64,000 nt of DNA from an uncultured virus (IMG/VR IMGVR_UViG_3300020179_002709) (taxonomy: Duplodnaviria; Heunggongvirae; Uroviricota; Caudoviricetes): positions 1-64,000 of the IMG/VR virus record IMGVR_UViG_3300020179_002709, one strand, 5' to 3'. This document shows positions 40,065 through 50,862 of this stretch, one piece after another. The notes beneath the pieces are model-generated. The model ran no database searches. It worked only from the letters and a program-made list of their open reading frames with translations, and was not told the DNA's origin. Each line of letters opens with the position of its first letter. Within the stretch, counting starts at the first letter, position 1. Made by a program: the position numbers and the translations under genes.

Positions 40065-41168
40065 ATGCCAATACGTACAGAGCAAGACAATTTTAAAAAT
40101 AATACTTCTCTTTCTGAGCAGTTTAGTAAAACATTCAGTAGCTCTGTACAAGAAGTTAATAGTGCAACTGACGGATTTTTAAAGTCATCTCCTACAAGCG
40201 TTGGACAGGCTCTTAATAATGTAAGCGCTATAGCCGGCGCGTTTGGTAGATTAGGTATGTCAGCTGTAGGGTCTGTATCCTCTGCTTTAGGTCAACTTGG
40301 TAGTCTTGGAACATATACTAAATTTAAAGATAATTTTGTCCCTCCATCTAAACTCAAAGATAGAACTCCTGAAGATGCTGTCAGGAGAAATAGGGATAGA
40401 TTTAACGGCCAACTTAGCTTTCCAAATAACATCGGCGAATATTGGATATCTTTTGTATTTGAAGCTTATGAAAGAAAGGTACCTTTATCCTCAGCGAAAA
40501 GTTTACCTACACAGACAATAAATCTCCCCATTCCATCTAATTTGCAAGAGCAATTTGCAATGCAATATGCTGATAAGCAATTAGGAATTGCAGGCTTCTT
40601 AGAACAAAATATACCAACAGGTATTAATTTTTCTGATGCTAAGTCTGTTGGAGAGGCCGTAGGTAAAGCTACCTCTGAAACTTTTAAACAAGCTGGCAAT
40701 ATTCAAGGAGCTTTTTACCTTGGTAGATCTGTTGCTGGATTAAGTGATAGTGTGGGTAGTGCTGTTGATAAAGCAACAGGCACAATTTTGAATCCATTTC
40801 AATCCTTGGTATTTCAAGGCATAAATTTAAGAACTCATTCTTTTACATATAAATTTTCTCCTAACAATGAAACAGAAACAAAAACCCTTAAAGAAATTTT
40901 ATATGAATTTAAAAGAAGAATGCACCCTCAAAAAGATAATTTACTTTTTACTTTTCCAGATACAGTTAAAATATTTTTTGGTAAAGTAAACAGTGAGCCA
41001 TACTTTTTTAAAAAATGTTTTTTAGAATCTATGTCTATTAATTATGCACCATCCGGAGTACCTGCCTTTTTTACACAAACATCTTCTCCTGTTGAAGTAG
41101 AATTTTCTTTATCGTTTAAAGAAATTGAACCAATGACGAGAGATGATATAGAGAAGAACGGAAAATAA
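40065..41168 (+). CDS. gp48: Baseplate tail-tube cap (gp48-like)
   Basis: NPFQSLVFQGINLRTHSFTYKFSP...LSFKEIE. Confidence 0.8.
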   Translation: MPIRTEQDNFKNNTSLSEQFSKTFSSSVQEVNSATDGFLKSSPTSVGQALNNVSAIAGAFGRLGMSAVGSVSSALGQLGSLGTYTKFKDNFVPPSKLKDRTPEDAVRRNRDRFNGQLSFPNNIGEYWISFVFEAYERKVPLSSAKSLPTQTINLPIPSNLQEQFAMQYADKQLGIAGFLEQNIPTGINFSDAKSVGEAVGKATSETFKQAGNIQGAFYLGRSVAGLSDSVGSAVDKATGTILNPFQSLVFQGINLRTHSFTYKFSPNNETETKTLKEILYEFKRRMHPQKDNLLFTFPDTVKIFFGKVNSEPYFFKKCFLESMSINYAPSGVPAFFTQTSSPVEVEFSLSFKEIEPMTRDDIEKNGK

Positions 41169-41169
41169 A

Positions 41170-42039
41170 ATGGCACTGTACAATTATTTTAGCAAACTTG
41201 GAACCACGACCTATAATGGTGAGCTAGTTGTTGATATTATTAAAAACGTAAGGTTTAAAGAGTTTGTTAAGAAGAATGTTGTAACCTATTACCCTTATAC
41301 AGTCAAAGAAGGGGAAAGAGCGGAAACAATAGCTTACAATTACTATGAAGATGAACGCTACGCCTGGGTAGTTTACTTAAGTAATAATATTATAGATCCA
41401 TATCACCAATGGCCTCTTTCTGTAAAAGACTTTAGTAAGTTTATTATTGCAAAGTATGGATCTATTGAAACCGCTCAGCAAAAAATATCGTTTTATAGAA
41501 ACAATTGGTATAATGATGATTCAATTTTAACCACAAGCGCTTACAGTGCACTTACTGGCAACTTAAAAAAATACTGGAATCCTATTATTGGATATAGCGG
41601 AGAGATAGGTTCTTACGAGCGTAAAAAAGATGACAGCATTGTAGAAACAAATTTAGTATTAGATATTAATGTAAATAGCTCGGATGATTTTATCGTTGGA
41701 GAAAGAGTAACTCAAAAAACATCCGGTGCAGTTACTGGTGCAGGATGGATAAAAGCAATTAAAGAAGGTGCTATTACTATTAATAATATCTCCGGGCAAT
41801 TTAGCAACACTTCCGGATCAGTAGGTTCTATAGTAGGATCAACTTCAGAAATAAGCAGAACTGTTACTGAGGTTATAGAAACATATAGAGCTATTTTATT
41901 AATAGAGCAAGCATATTGGTCTCCAATTTCTTTTTATGATTATGAAGATGAATTAAATGAATCTAAAAAACATATTAAACTTATTGATCGACAGTATATC
42001 CCAGTAATTGAAGATCAGATGACAGAATTGCTTTCATGA
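41170..42039 (+). CDS. gp53: Baseplate wedge protein (gp53-like)
   Basis: EGERAETIAYNYY, NNIIDPYHQWP, YDYEDELNESK. Confidence 0.88.
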   Translation: MALYNYFSKLGTTTYNGELVVDIIKNVRFKEFVKKNVVTYYPYTVKEGERAETIAYNYYEDERYAWVVYLSNNIIDPYHQWPLSVKDFSKFIIAKYGSIETAQQKISFYRNNWYNDDSILTTSAYSALTGNLKKYWNPIIGYSGEIGSYERKKDDSIVETNLVLDINVNSSDDFIVGERVTQKTSGAVTGAGWIKAIKEGAITINNISGQFSNTSGSVGSIVGSTSEISRTVTEVIETYRAILLIEQAYWSPISFYDYEDELNESKKHIKLIDRQYIPVIEDQMTELLS

Positions 42040-43310
42040 CAAATAAAACGTACGAACCTGGTGATGTTAATATATTAAAGGTTACATTAAGAAAAAATGG
42101 CTCTGGCTCTCAAATTCCAGTAGACATTAGATCACAGATGCTTTCAATGTCTGTTTATGAAGACATTGAAGAGCCGTCCATGCTTTTAGAACTAACAATG
42201 GTTGACTCTATCAACTTAGTTCAAGATTATCCTATTGTTGGAGAAGAAATTATATCAGTAAGCTTTTTTACTCCTGGTAGAGACAATCCTACCAAGCTAG
42301 ACTTTTATGTTTATAATGTAGAGAGTACCGGTACAAGTCCTACTGCTAAAGGATCTATTTACATTCTTAAAGCTGTTTCGCCATGTCATTATTATAATGC
42401 AAGTGAGCTTATAGAGAAATCTTATAAAGATACTATTGATGAAATGGTTAAAGATATTTTGAAGACGACTCTTAGTAATAGCAGTGCAGGATCAAACAAA
42501 TATACGGTTGAAAAAACTAAAGGTATACTTCCATTAACTGTTCCAAGATTAAAGCCATTTGAAGCAATTGATTTCTTAAGACAGAAAGCTATAAGTGCGG
42601 AGTTTGCTTCTGGAGGATCATTTGTATTTTTTGAGAATCAATTTGGACATCAATTTAAAAGCGTAGAAGCTCTTCTTAAAGAAGGTAAACAAGACATACA
42701 ATCAAAAGTATTTACTTACGCTCCAGATACCATAAGTGATAAAGAGAGACAGCAATATGCATTTAGAAATATTATTAGGTACACACACTTAGGTAAATTT
42801 GATTCAATTGAAAAAATTAATAGTGGGGTAGTTGTTAATACAGTTCAAGCTTTTGATATACTTACTAAACAAGTAGCAACAACAAAATTTAATTTATCTG
42901 AAAAAGCAAAGAGTTTTGTATCTACTGATAATAAAGGTCGATTACCTAACTCAACAGAATTTGTAGAAAAATACTCTAAATCAGCTTCTAAAAAATTCTT
43001 TATGGCTAAAGACAGCTCTAGAGGAGATGATTATATTGATACTAATTTAGGATCTAAATCAGCTTACGCCTCTTTATTAAATCAAAATGCCGTGCGTATT
43101 TTAATTTACGGAGACAGTTACTTAACAGCTGGTGACCTTATACAACTTGATCTACCCGAACTTTCTGGTACTACAGAAAAAAAAGTTAGTGATAGAAATA
43201 ATTCTGGAAATTATTTAATTACTAAACTTAGACATATTTTAACAATGGAAGAAGGTGGTAAACCAAAACATCAAATTTCTCTTGACTGCGTTAGAATGGG
43301 ATACAAATGA
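42036..43310 (+). CDS. Baseplate hub protein (gp27-like)
   Basis: VYEDI, FVFFEN, GDSYLTAGD, SGNYLITKLRH; lies directly before gp5. Confidence 0.7.
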   Translation: MTNKTYEPGDVNILKVTLRKNGSGSQIPVDIRSQMLSMSVYEDIEEPSMLLELTMVDSINLVQDYPIVGEEIISVSFFTPGRDNPTKLDFYVYNVESTGTSPTAKGSIYILKAVSPCHYYNASELIEKSYKDTIDEMVKDILKTTLSNSSAGSNKYTVEKTKGILPLTVPRLKPFEAIDFLRQKAISAEFASGGSFVFFENQFGHQFKSVEALLKEGKQDIQSKVFTYAPDTISDKERQQYAFRNIIRYTHLGKFDSIEKINSGVVVNTVQAFDILTKQVATTKFNLSEKAKSFVSTDNKGRLPNSTEFVEKYSKSASKKFFMAKDSSRGDDYIDTNLGSKSAYASLLNQNAVRILIYGDSYLTAGDLIQLDLPELSGTTEKKVSDRNNSGNYLITKLRHILTMEEGGKPKHQISLDCVRMGYK

Positions 43311-44113
43311 CGACTAAAAATTTAGGTCAAGAAGGTATTGTTTGGTTTGTAGGCAAAGTTGAGGACAGACAAGATCCTTTAATGCTTGGAAGGGTAAAAG
43401 TCCGCGCTTACCATTTTCACACTGATAATAAATCGCTGATGCCTACTGACGAATTGCCTTGGGCATTAATTATGATGCCTCCTAATAATCCAAGTCACGA
43501 TAAAGTTGGACTATCACCAAACGGGCTAACCGTAGGATCTACGGTTATAGGATTTTTTATGGATGGGCATGATGCCAATCAGCCTGTAGTAATGGGTACC
43601 ATTCATGGTATTCCAGATAATGATAAGTCAAAGCATGATGTGGCTGAACCTGCTCGTGAGAATAACAATATAAGTAAAGAATACGATAGTAAAGAACCTA
43701 AGTCTGCCTATAAGGCGAAATACCCATATAATAAAGTTTTGAGAACTGAAGGCGGGCATGTAGTAGAAATAGATGACACACCAGGAGAAGAACGGCTACA
43801 CATCTATCATAAATCTGGAACCTATACTGAAATTGATAAAGATGGTCGTAAAGTAGAAAAGGTAGTAGATAACGGCTTTGAAATAATCCTTAAAAATCAA
43901 ACAGTACATATTAAAGGCAACTATGACGTGTTTGTAGATGGTGTTACAACGTTTACTTGCGAACAGGTAAATATGACAGGTAATTTAAGAGTAGATAAAG
44001 ATGTAAGTGTTGGCAAGGACGTCTTTACTGACGTTGGTGTTAGCCTTAACAAGCATACCCATACAGATACTCCTGGACTTGGTGCCGGAGTCACAACTCC
44101 TCCTAACAGATAA
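43307..44113 (+). CDS. gp5: Baseplate central spike (gp5-like OB fold and beta-helix, no lysozyme domain)
   Basis: WFVGKVEDRQDPLMLGRVKVR, YPYNKV..TEGGHVVEIDDTPG; C-terminal LNKHTH. Confidence 0.9.
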   Translation: MTTKNLGQEGIVWFVGKVEDRQDPLMLGRVKVRAYHFHTDNKSLMPTDELPWALIMMPPNNPSHDKVGLSPNGLTVGSTVIGFFMDGHDANQPVVMGTIHGIPDNDKSKHDVAEPARENNNISKEYDSKEPKSAYKAKYPYNKVLRTEGGHVVEIDDTPGEERLHIYHKSGTYTEIDKDGRKVEKVVDNGFEIILKNQTVHIKGNYDVFVDGVTTFTCEQVNMTGNLRVDKDVSVGKDVFTDVGVSLNKHTHTDTPGLGAGVTTPPNR

Positions 44114-45060
44114 TGGCAAATTATATAAACGAAAGTGGATTTGAGCTAGGCATTAATGGGCTTAGAATTGTTGATGACTCCGGAACAGTTAAATATAAAC
44201 TGCCGATTAATGATGGAACTAACGGTCAAATTATAAAGACTGACGGGTCCGGTCAGCTTTCTTTTATTACACCTCAATCCCTAGTTGGATCAAAAGGTGA
44301 AAAAGGTGATAATGGTGTAAAGGGTGATCAAGGTACTGCAGCTTCCAAAGGGGATAAAGGTGATAAAGGAGATAAAGGTGAAAAGGGAGCAGACGGCATT
44401 GGTACTAATGGGGCGCAAGGTGCCCAAGGCGCGCAAGGACCTCAAGGCGCAAAAGGAGAAAGAGTAAGCAGTGCATCCTATTCTGACAGCACTAATGTTA
44501 TTACATTTACTAATTCTGACTCTTCTGTATTTACAGTATCAGGAGTAAAAGGACAGAAAGGTGATACTGGATCAAAAGGAGATAAAGGTGACAGTGGTTC
44601 AAAAGGAGATACAGGCCCACAAGGATCTCAAGGCGCTTTCTCAACTAATTCGGACGGACAAATAAACTCTCTCGGTGTAGGAACAGCAGCATCTACCGTA
44701 ACTGGTCAAATTAGAGCTACTAATAGCATTACAGCTTTTTATTCTGACGTTAGATTAAAAGAAAATATTCAGGAAATAGAAAACGCACTAGACAAAATTG
44801 AACAACTAAGAGGGGTTTTTTATAATCAAAATGTATTAGCTGAGAAGTTTGGTTACAATGATTATAAAAGGCAAGTAGGTGTAATCGCACAGGATGTACA
44901 GAAAATATTGCCCGAGGCTGTAACAGGAGCTCCTTTTGATATTGATAAAGACGGCAATAGTATTTCAGGTGAAAATTATTTAACCGTGTACTATGAAAAA
45001 ATAATCCCACTTCTTATTCAGTGCATAAAAGAACTTAAACAATTAATAGACAATAGGTAA
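44113..45060 (+). CDS. Short collagen fibre with C-terminal intramolecular chaperone (peptidase S74)
   Basis: Gly-X-Y runs; YSDVRLKENI...GVIAQDV...YEKIIPLLIQCIKEL. Confidence 0.85.
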   Translation: MANYINESGFELGINGLRIVDDSGTVKYKLPINDGTNGQIIKTDGSGQLSFITPQSLVGSKGEKGDNGVKGDQGTAASKGDKGDKGDKGEKGADGIGTNGAQGAQGAQGPQGAKGERVSSASYSDSTNVITFTNSDSSVFTVSGVKGQKGDTGSKGDKGDSGSKGDTGPQGSQGAFSTNSDGQINSLGVGTAASTVTGQIRATNSITAFYSDVRLKENIQEIENALDKIEQLRGVFYNQNVLAEKFGYNDYKRQVGVIAQDVQKILPEAVTGAPFDIDKDGNSISGENYLTVYYEKIIPLLIQCIKELKQLIDNR

Positions 45061-45063
45061 TAT

Positions 45064-45492
45064 ATGGCTACAGTAAAAAGAGCTGATAGATACACACCTT
45101 TAGAAGGCTCGTATACAATATATCAAGATTTATTTACTAAGATATTGTTTGAAAGAGATACAAAAGATGCTTCGTTAATTGAAAACGAGGACGCAGTTAA
45201 ACAAGCTATAATCAATATTATTCTTACTAATGTAGGAGAAAGATTATATAATCCTACTTTCGGAAGTGAAATTAATAAAATGCTTTTTGAGAACGTTACT
45301 CCTCAAACTACATCTACGCTGATAAATTTAATTCGCAGCGCAATAGAAAACTATGAGCCAAGAGCTAATCTAATTGATGTGATTGCTTCTCCTCTACCGG
45401 ATAATAACGCATATACTGTATCTATTGTTTTTAGCGTAATAAATAAAACTGAACCAGTGTATCTAGAATTTTTACTTAACAGGGTAAGATAG
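45064..45492 (+). CDS. gp25: Baseplate wedge subunit (gp25-like)
   Basis: GERLYNPTFGS, IENYEPR. Confidence 0.92.
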   Translation: MATVKRADRYTPLEGSYTIYQDLFTKILFERDTKDASLIENEDAVKQAIINIILTNVGERLYNPTFGSEINKMLFENVTPQTTSTLINLIRSAIENYEPRANLIDVIASPLPDNNAYTVSIVFSVINKTEPVYLEFLLNRVR

Positions 45493-47297
45493 TGGCAAAT
45501 ACTAATCTCAAACTTACAGGGTTAGATTTCAATGAGTTAAAAAATAACTTTAAAGAATTTTTAAAGCGATCTGACTCACCTTTTAAAGACGTTGATTACG
45601 AAGGCTCAAACATTAATCAGCTTCTTGACATATTTTCCTATAACACCTACTTGAATGCTTACTATCTTAATATGTTAGCAAGCGAGATGTTTTTAGATAC
45701 AGCCACACTAAAAGATAGTATTATTTCTCACGTTAAAGAATTAAATTATGTACCTAGATCATATAGATCAGCAGAAGCAAAAATTTCTTTTAGCATAACC
45801 CCTGCATCAGCTCTTGATAACTTATTAGTTCCTAAAGGTACCTCTTTTACTACTAAAATTGGATCTAATAATTTTACCTTTACTACTGCAGACAATTTAG
45901 TTTTAGCTGCTAATTCAAGCGGTGCTTTTAACGCGTCAGAGATTACAGTTTACGAAGGTAATTATGTAACTGACTCTTTTGTTTACTCTGCAGCCAACAC
46001 ATCACAAAGATTTGTAATTTCCAATCCTAACATTGATATTAGAAGCCTTTCCGTTTATGTTATTGAGAACGAAGGTGCTAATACAATTACATATTCTAAA
46101 GCATCTTCGCTTTTAGACGGAACAGCCAATTCAAATATTTTCTTTCTACAGGCAGCTGAAAATTCTCAATATGAAATAATTTTTGGAGACGGAGTCATAG
46201 GAAGAGTTCCTCAGAACGGCGCTACAATTATTTCTGAGTATAGAGTAAGCAATGGCGAGCTTCCTAACGGAGCTTCAAATTTTACTATTGACGGTACAAT
46301 TCAAGGACAATCAAATATTTCTTCTATATCGACCTCACAAGCAGCAAAAGGAGGAGGAGTTAGCGAAAGTATAGACTCGATTAAATTTAACGCACCAAGA
46401 GCGTATCAGAATCAAGAGAGAGCAGTTACCGCTTTAGATTATGAAAATATTTTATTAGCAAACTTTCCTGAAATAGAATCTGTTGCTGTGTTTGGTGGTG
46501 AGGAAGCTACCCCTCCACAATATGGAAGGGTTCTTATTTCTATTGATCTTAATACAGGGGAAGGCATACCTGATATTGATAAGAGAAGATTTTTGGATTT
46601 TATTAAATTAAGAGCTCCTATTGGATTAGAGCCTGTTATTGTTAGCCCAGAATTTCTTTATCTTGAAATTGACGTTACAGCCAGGTATAATACAAATGTT
46701 ACCAAGCTAACCACTCAAGCAATAGAAGTTTTGATTAGAAGTTTGGTGAGTGAATATAACATTGACAAGCTTAACGGGTTTAAAAAGACAATAAGAACAA
46801 GTAAACTTATAGAAAACATTAACAACTGCCATTCAAGTATTGTTGGAGTAGACACCCTAGTAGTTCCATTCTCCAGGTTATCAGTTATACCAACAGTTGC
46901 TTTTAACAAGACTATAAATTTAGGATTTTCTCTTAATAGATATTATAATCTTTCTACAGGTGTAGGAGAATACATTAGATCTAACGTTAAAGCTGTATAT
47001 AGTTCAAAATTTACATTTAATGGCATACCATGCACCATACAAGATAACGGTAGTGGTGTGTTAGGAATTTACAGCTATAGTGATACAGCTGCTCATTCAT
47101 TTGTTAAATCTATTGGAACAGTAGATTATGATACTGGCTCTATTGTTATTGATGGTTTAGTAGTAACAGCAATAGAAGGTAATTATTTAAATCTTCACTA
47201 CAATCCTGTCTCAAAAGATATTGCTTCCACTAAAAATACAATTCTTCTTATTAAAGATTCTGACGTCGAAGTTACAGCGGTACAAATTAAAGAATGA
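45492..47297 (+). CDS. gp6: Baseplate wedge subunit (gp6-like)
   Basis: LDFNELKNN, DYEGSN, EMFLDTA, FGDGVIG, QERAVTALDY. Confidence 0.92.
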   Translation: MANTNLKLTGLDFNELKNNFKEFLKRSDSPFKDVDYEGSNINQLLDIFSYNTYLNAYYLNMLASEMFLDTATLKDSIISHVKELNYVPRSYRSAEAKISFSITPASALDNLLVPKGTSFTTKIGSNNFTFTTADNLVLAANSSGAFNASEITVYEGNYVTDSFVYSAANTSQRFVISNPNIDIRSLSVYVIENEGANTITYSKASSLLDGTANSNIFFLQAAENSQYEIIFGDGVIGRVPQNGATIISEYRVSNGELPNGASNFTIDGTIQGQSNISSISTSQAAKGGGVSESIDSIKFNAPRAYQNQERAVTALDYENILLANFPEIESVAVFGGEEATPPQYGRVLISIDLNTGEGIPDIDKRRFLDFIKLRAPIGLEPVIVSPEFLYLEIDVTARYNTNVTKLTTQAIEVLIRSLVSEYNIDKLNGFKKTIRTSKLIENINNCHSSIVGVDTLVVPFSRLSVIPTVAFNKTINLGFSLNRYYNLSTGVGEYIRSNVKAVYSSKFTFNGIPCTIQDNGSGVLGIYSYSDTAAHSFVKSIGTVDYDTGSIVIDGLVVTAIEGNYLNLHYNPVSKDIASTKNTILLIKDSDVEVTAVQIKE

Positions 47298-50200
47298 GTA
47301 TAATAGAAAAAAATATCTCCTCACTAATTGAGTCACAGTTCCCAGAATTTTATAAGGAACAGGGACCTCTTTTTATTTTATTCGTTGAGGAATACTATAA
47401 ATGGTTAGAGAGCAATGATCCTGATTATGCCACGTATTCAGATACAACCTTTGTTGGAAATCCTTTATATCATTCTAGAAGATTACAAGAGTATAGAAAT
47501 ATCGATCAAACGGTTGATGAATTTTACGTATACTTTAAAGAAAAATTTTTAAAAAACGTAGAAATTACCGCTCAGGTTTCTGAAGATAGACTAGTAAAGG
47601 CATCGAATGATCTTTACAAATCTAAAGGATCTGAAAGATCTTTAGATTTATTTTTTAAACTTCTCTACGGAACTAAAATAGAAATATACAATCCGGGAGA
47701 AGATATTTTAAAGCCATCAGACGGCACCTGGGTTATACCTCAATACCTAGAATTAACAGTATCATCAAGAACAAAAAACTATGTTGGTAAACAAGTTACC
47801 GGTAGTATTTCTGGTGCAACAGCTTTCGTAGAATATATTATTACAAGAAATATTAATGGTAAAATAATTGACTATGCCTTCTTAAGCAATAAAAGCGGTA
47901 CTTTTATTGCTAATGAATTATTATTAGATGAACCGTCTGTAGTTAATGCTCCTAAAATTTTAGGTTCTCTAACGAGTTTAGATACAACTCTAGGAGGGGA
48001 AGGCTTTGCCGTTGGTGAAACGGTAAAAATTATTTCATCTAATGGTGTCGAAGGCATAGCTCGTGTTACATCAATTGAATCAGTAACAGGGCTTGTTCAG
48101 TTTACATTAGTTGACGGAGGGTGGGGGTATTCAAATACTACTGCTGAGACTGTCATTAGCTCGGATGTGTTAAGAATTACTAACGTAACAAATGCTAATA
48201 CTGAAATAACAACTTTTTTTAGAAATGAAATAGTAACCCAAGAACTATATGAATTTAGATTAAATAATGTTACTGGTAATTTTACCAAGAACAAAGAAAT
48301 TTATAACGGCAACATCGCCGCGCCATCGGTATCAATAATTGCTGATGTTAGTCAAAATACCACCACTGTTATAGGCAGTAGCAACACCGCAAACTTAATT
48401 ATAAATTTGGTTGAAAATGATATTTTTTCAAACAACGTTTTGTATTTACCAGATCAGCAAATAATTTTTGCCACCCTAGATTACTTTGCAATTGGAGACG
48501 AGGTTGTTCAATCTAACGGCACAGGTAATAACGTTACAGGTACTGTTAGTGCAATAGTTAGTTCAACAGCTATTTCTCCAAATACATCTACTATTGGTGC
48601 TAATGGTATTCATGTTGGAACTTATGTCATACAACCAGGTACCGGCGCAACCGGATATGTAACTGCTATTCCAAGTCAAAATTATTTTACATATACAAAC
48701 GTTAATGTGTTTACAGTAAGAGGAGGATCCGGCACATTTAATAATCTTTCCTCTATTTCTAACTATACAGATTCAACCCAGACTACTCTGATTGGAACTT
48801 TTGATCCAAATATTATTTTGTTTGGATATGAATATACTATTTCTGATACATCAACTACAGGCACTGATAAGTGGTCATATGCTAATACGATTGTTAAAGT
48901 AGGATCTCAAAGTGTTAATGCAGTCATTCATCTGGCATCAGATATTGGAGGTATAGTTCAAGCGTATACAAATGTATCAGCTAGTGCCAATCTTTTTGCA
49001 TCTAATTCTACAGCAATTGGTATTACAAGTGTTACTGGAGATTTTTATGGCTCCGGTAACACAATAATTATTGGACAGACCTCTAACACTCGAGCAAAAA
49101 CTACATTACTTTTTACCGGGTTTGGAGCTGATTTTAATTTAGGTATTATTTCGGACGCCGAGACAGTAAGACTATCTCCTGACTTAATTAGTAGTAATAA
49201 TGATGGTCCAGGAGCTAATTCTGTTAAATTTACAGAAATGCTTATATCTGGCGCAAACTCAACGTATAATAATTTAAACTCTGTTTATATTATGACCGGG
49301 GGATCTGGTTACGACAATACCAATATAGTTACTTTTTCTGGTGGTAATTCTGGTGCTGGTTCATTTACAGCTGGCAACGCTTCTATCATAACAGATACTA
49401 GTGGAGTAATTGTAGCAGTAGGACTATCAGCTAACGTAGGTAATAAAATAGTATCTACTCCTTCTACATCAGTAGTCAATTCAACCGGCGGATCCACAGG
49501 AGTTGGTACCGGGGCTGAACTTATACCTGTATCTTCCCTTGGCTTTATAAAACAACCCGGTGGAGATATTACATATACAATTTTAGATCTTCTACGGTTT
49601 AATACTTTAACTATCGGGACAATATCATCACTTACTAATATTAACCCTGGAGAAAATTATAACGTTAATCCTTTTGTATCTGTTTATGAGCCATACGTTG
49701 CTTCTTACGGTAGGAGAGATATAGTAATTGAGGTGGCTGATCTTACAGGACCTGGATTTGCTGTTGGTGAGTACGTTGAACAGACTATTAGTACCCCAGG
49801 AGTAGAGATTAAGTCTAACACCTTCTCAGGTAATTCAAGCAACGTTTATGAGGTTCAAGAGCAGGTTTACTCAACAGACGGAATAAATAACACCGCTACT
49901 GGATTTATTTACAGCGCATCTAAAGATAATACCACAGGCATTTATACAACTGTATTAGTGAGTAATACTGGTACGTGGCAAAATTCAGTTAACGTTAGTA
50001 TTTTAACCGTGCTTTCTAATACTAATTTTGAACCAGGTAACGAAATTTTTCAAAGCACAACAGCCAATGGAATTTTAGTTGCATCTAACTCAACTACCCT
50101 TGTAGTAAGAAGTGTCGAAGGGACGTTTACATCAGGAGCTATTACTAGTAATGCAAGCCCCACACCTGGTTCAACAACAGTAACAGCTGAAGCTAATACT

Positions 50201-50851
50201 AAAATTTTTAAACTTATTGGTGCTACTTCAAACGGTGCATCAGTGATAACAAATACATCACCCTATATAGCATCAGCTACTGCAAAAGCTACAGTAAAAA
50301 TAAACGACAGTGATAAATTTTTAACCCTTAAAAGAGTAAGTTTATTCACAGAGTTTGTAGTTAGTAATACTGTCGTTGGAAAAACTACCGGTTCTACAGC
50401 TAATGTTGTATCAGTGTCTGCTGATCCTTCCTCTAACGTTATCGGTGATAATGCAATTGTGGTAGCTAACGTTGTTGCCACTCAAGGAACTATTTCTGGA
50501 TTAGAAGTAACTGACTCAGGAACTGGTTACATTAACAACGAAGGAGTAAACGTTAGCTCGCTTGATGGTAGCAGATTTGCATCTGCTAAAGCAAACGTAT
50601 CTACAAGTGGTATTGGAACAGGGTATTATTCCTCTACACGAAGCTTTTTAGACGACACTAAATACATACAAGATGGTGAATATTATCAGAACTTCTCTTA
50701 CGAAATACAGACATCAATACCAGTAGAAAAATATTTTGATACTCTTAAGCAAGTTCTACACGTTGCTGGCAAAAAAATGTATGGTAGAGTTCTTTTAGAT
50801 ATTGATGGCAATTTTAATATTATTTCCAATTCAAACATCACTATTACATAA
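47294..50851 (+). CDS. gp7: Baseplate wedge initiator (gp7-like)
   Basis: QFPEFY, YKSKGSE, C-terminal QDGEYYQNFSYEI...HVAG; lies between gp6 and gp8. Confidence 0.75.
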   Translation: MSIIEKNISSLIESQFPEFYKEQGPLFILFVEEYYKWLESNDPDYATYSDTTFVGNPLYHSRRLQEYRNIDQTVDEFYVYFKEKFLKNVEITAQVSEDRLVKASNDLYKSKGSERSLDLFFKLLYGTKIEIYNPGEDILKPSDGTWVIPQYLELTVSSRTKNYVGKQVTGSISGATAFVEYIITRNINGKIIDYAFLSNKSGTFIANELLLDEPSVVNAPKILGSLTSLDTTLGGEGFAVGETVKIISSNGVEGIARVTSIESVTGLVQFTLVDGGWGYSNTTAETVISSDVLRITNVTNANTEITTFFRNEIVTQELYEFRLNNVTGNFTKNKEIYNGNIAAPSVSIIADVSQNTTTVIGSSNTANLIINLVENDIFSNNVLYLPDQQIIFATLDYFAIGDEVVQSNGTGNNVTGTVSAIVSSTAISPNTSTIGANGIHVGTYVIQPGTGATGYVTAIPSQNYFTYTNVNVFTVRGGSGTFNNLSSISNYTDSTQTTLIGTFDPNIILFGYEYTISDTSTTGTDKWSYANTIVKVGSQSVNAVIHLASDIGGIVQAYTNVSASANLFASNSTAIGITSVTGDFYGSGNTIIIGQTSNTRAKTTLLFTGFGADFNLGIISDAETVRLSPDLISSNNDGPGANSVKFTEMLISGANSTYNNLNSVYIMTGGSGYDNTNIVTFSGGNSGAGSFTAGNASIITDTSGVIVAVGLSANVGNKIVSTPSTSVVNSTGGSTGVGTGAELIPVSSLGFIKQPGGDITYTILDLLRFNTLTIGTISSLTNINPGENYNVNPFVSVYEPYVASYGRRDIVIEVADLTGPGFAVGEYVEQTISTPGVEIKSNTFSGNSSNVYEVQEQVYSTDGINNTATGFIYSASKDNTTGIYTTVLVSNTGTWQNSVNVSILTVLSNTNFEPGNEIFQSTTANGILVASNSTTLVVRSVEGTFTSGAITSNASPTPGSTTVTAEANTKIFKLIGATSNGASVITNTSPYIASATAKATVKINDSDKFLTLKRVSLFTEFVVSNTVVGKTTGSTANVVSVSADPSSNVIGDNAIVVANVVATQGTISGLEVTDSGTGYINNEGVNVSSLDGSRFASAKANVSTSGIGTGYYSSTRSFLDDTKYIQDGEYYQNFSYEIQTSIPVEKYFDTLKQVLHVAGKKMYGRVLLDIDGNFNIISNSNITIT

Positions 50852-50862
50852 TAAATAATTGT

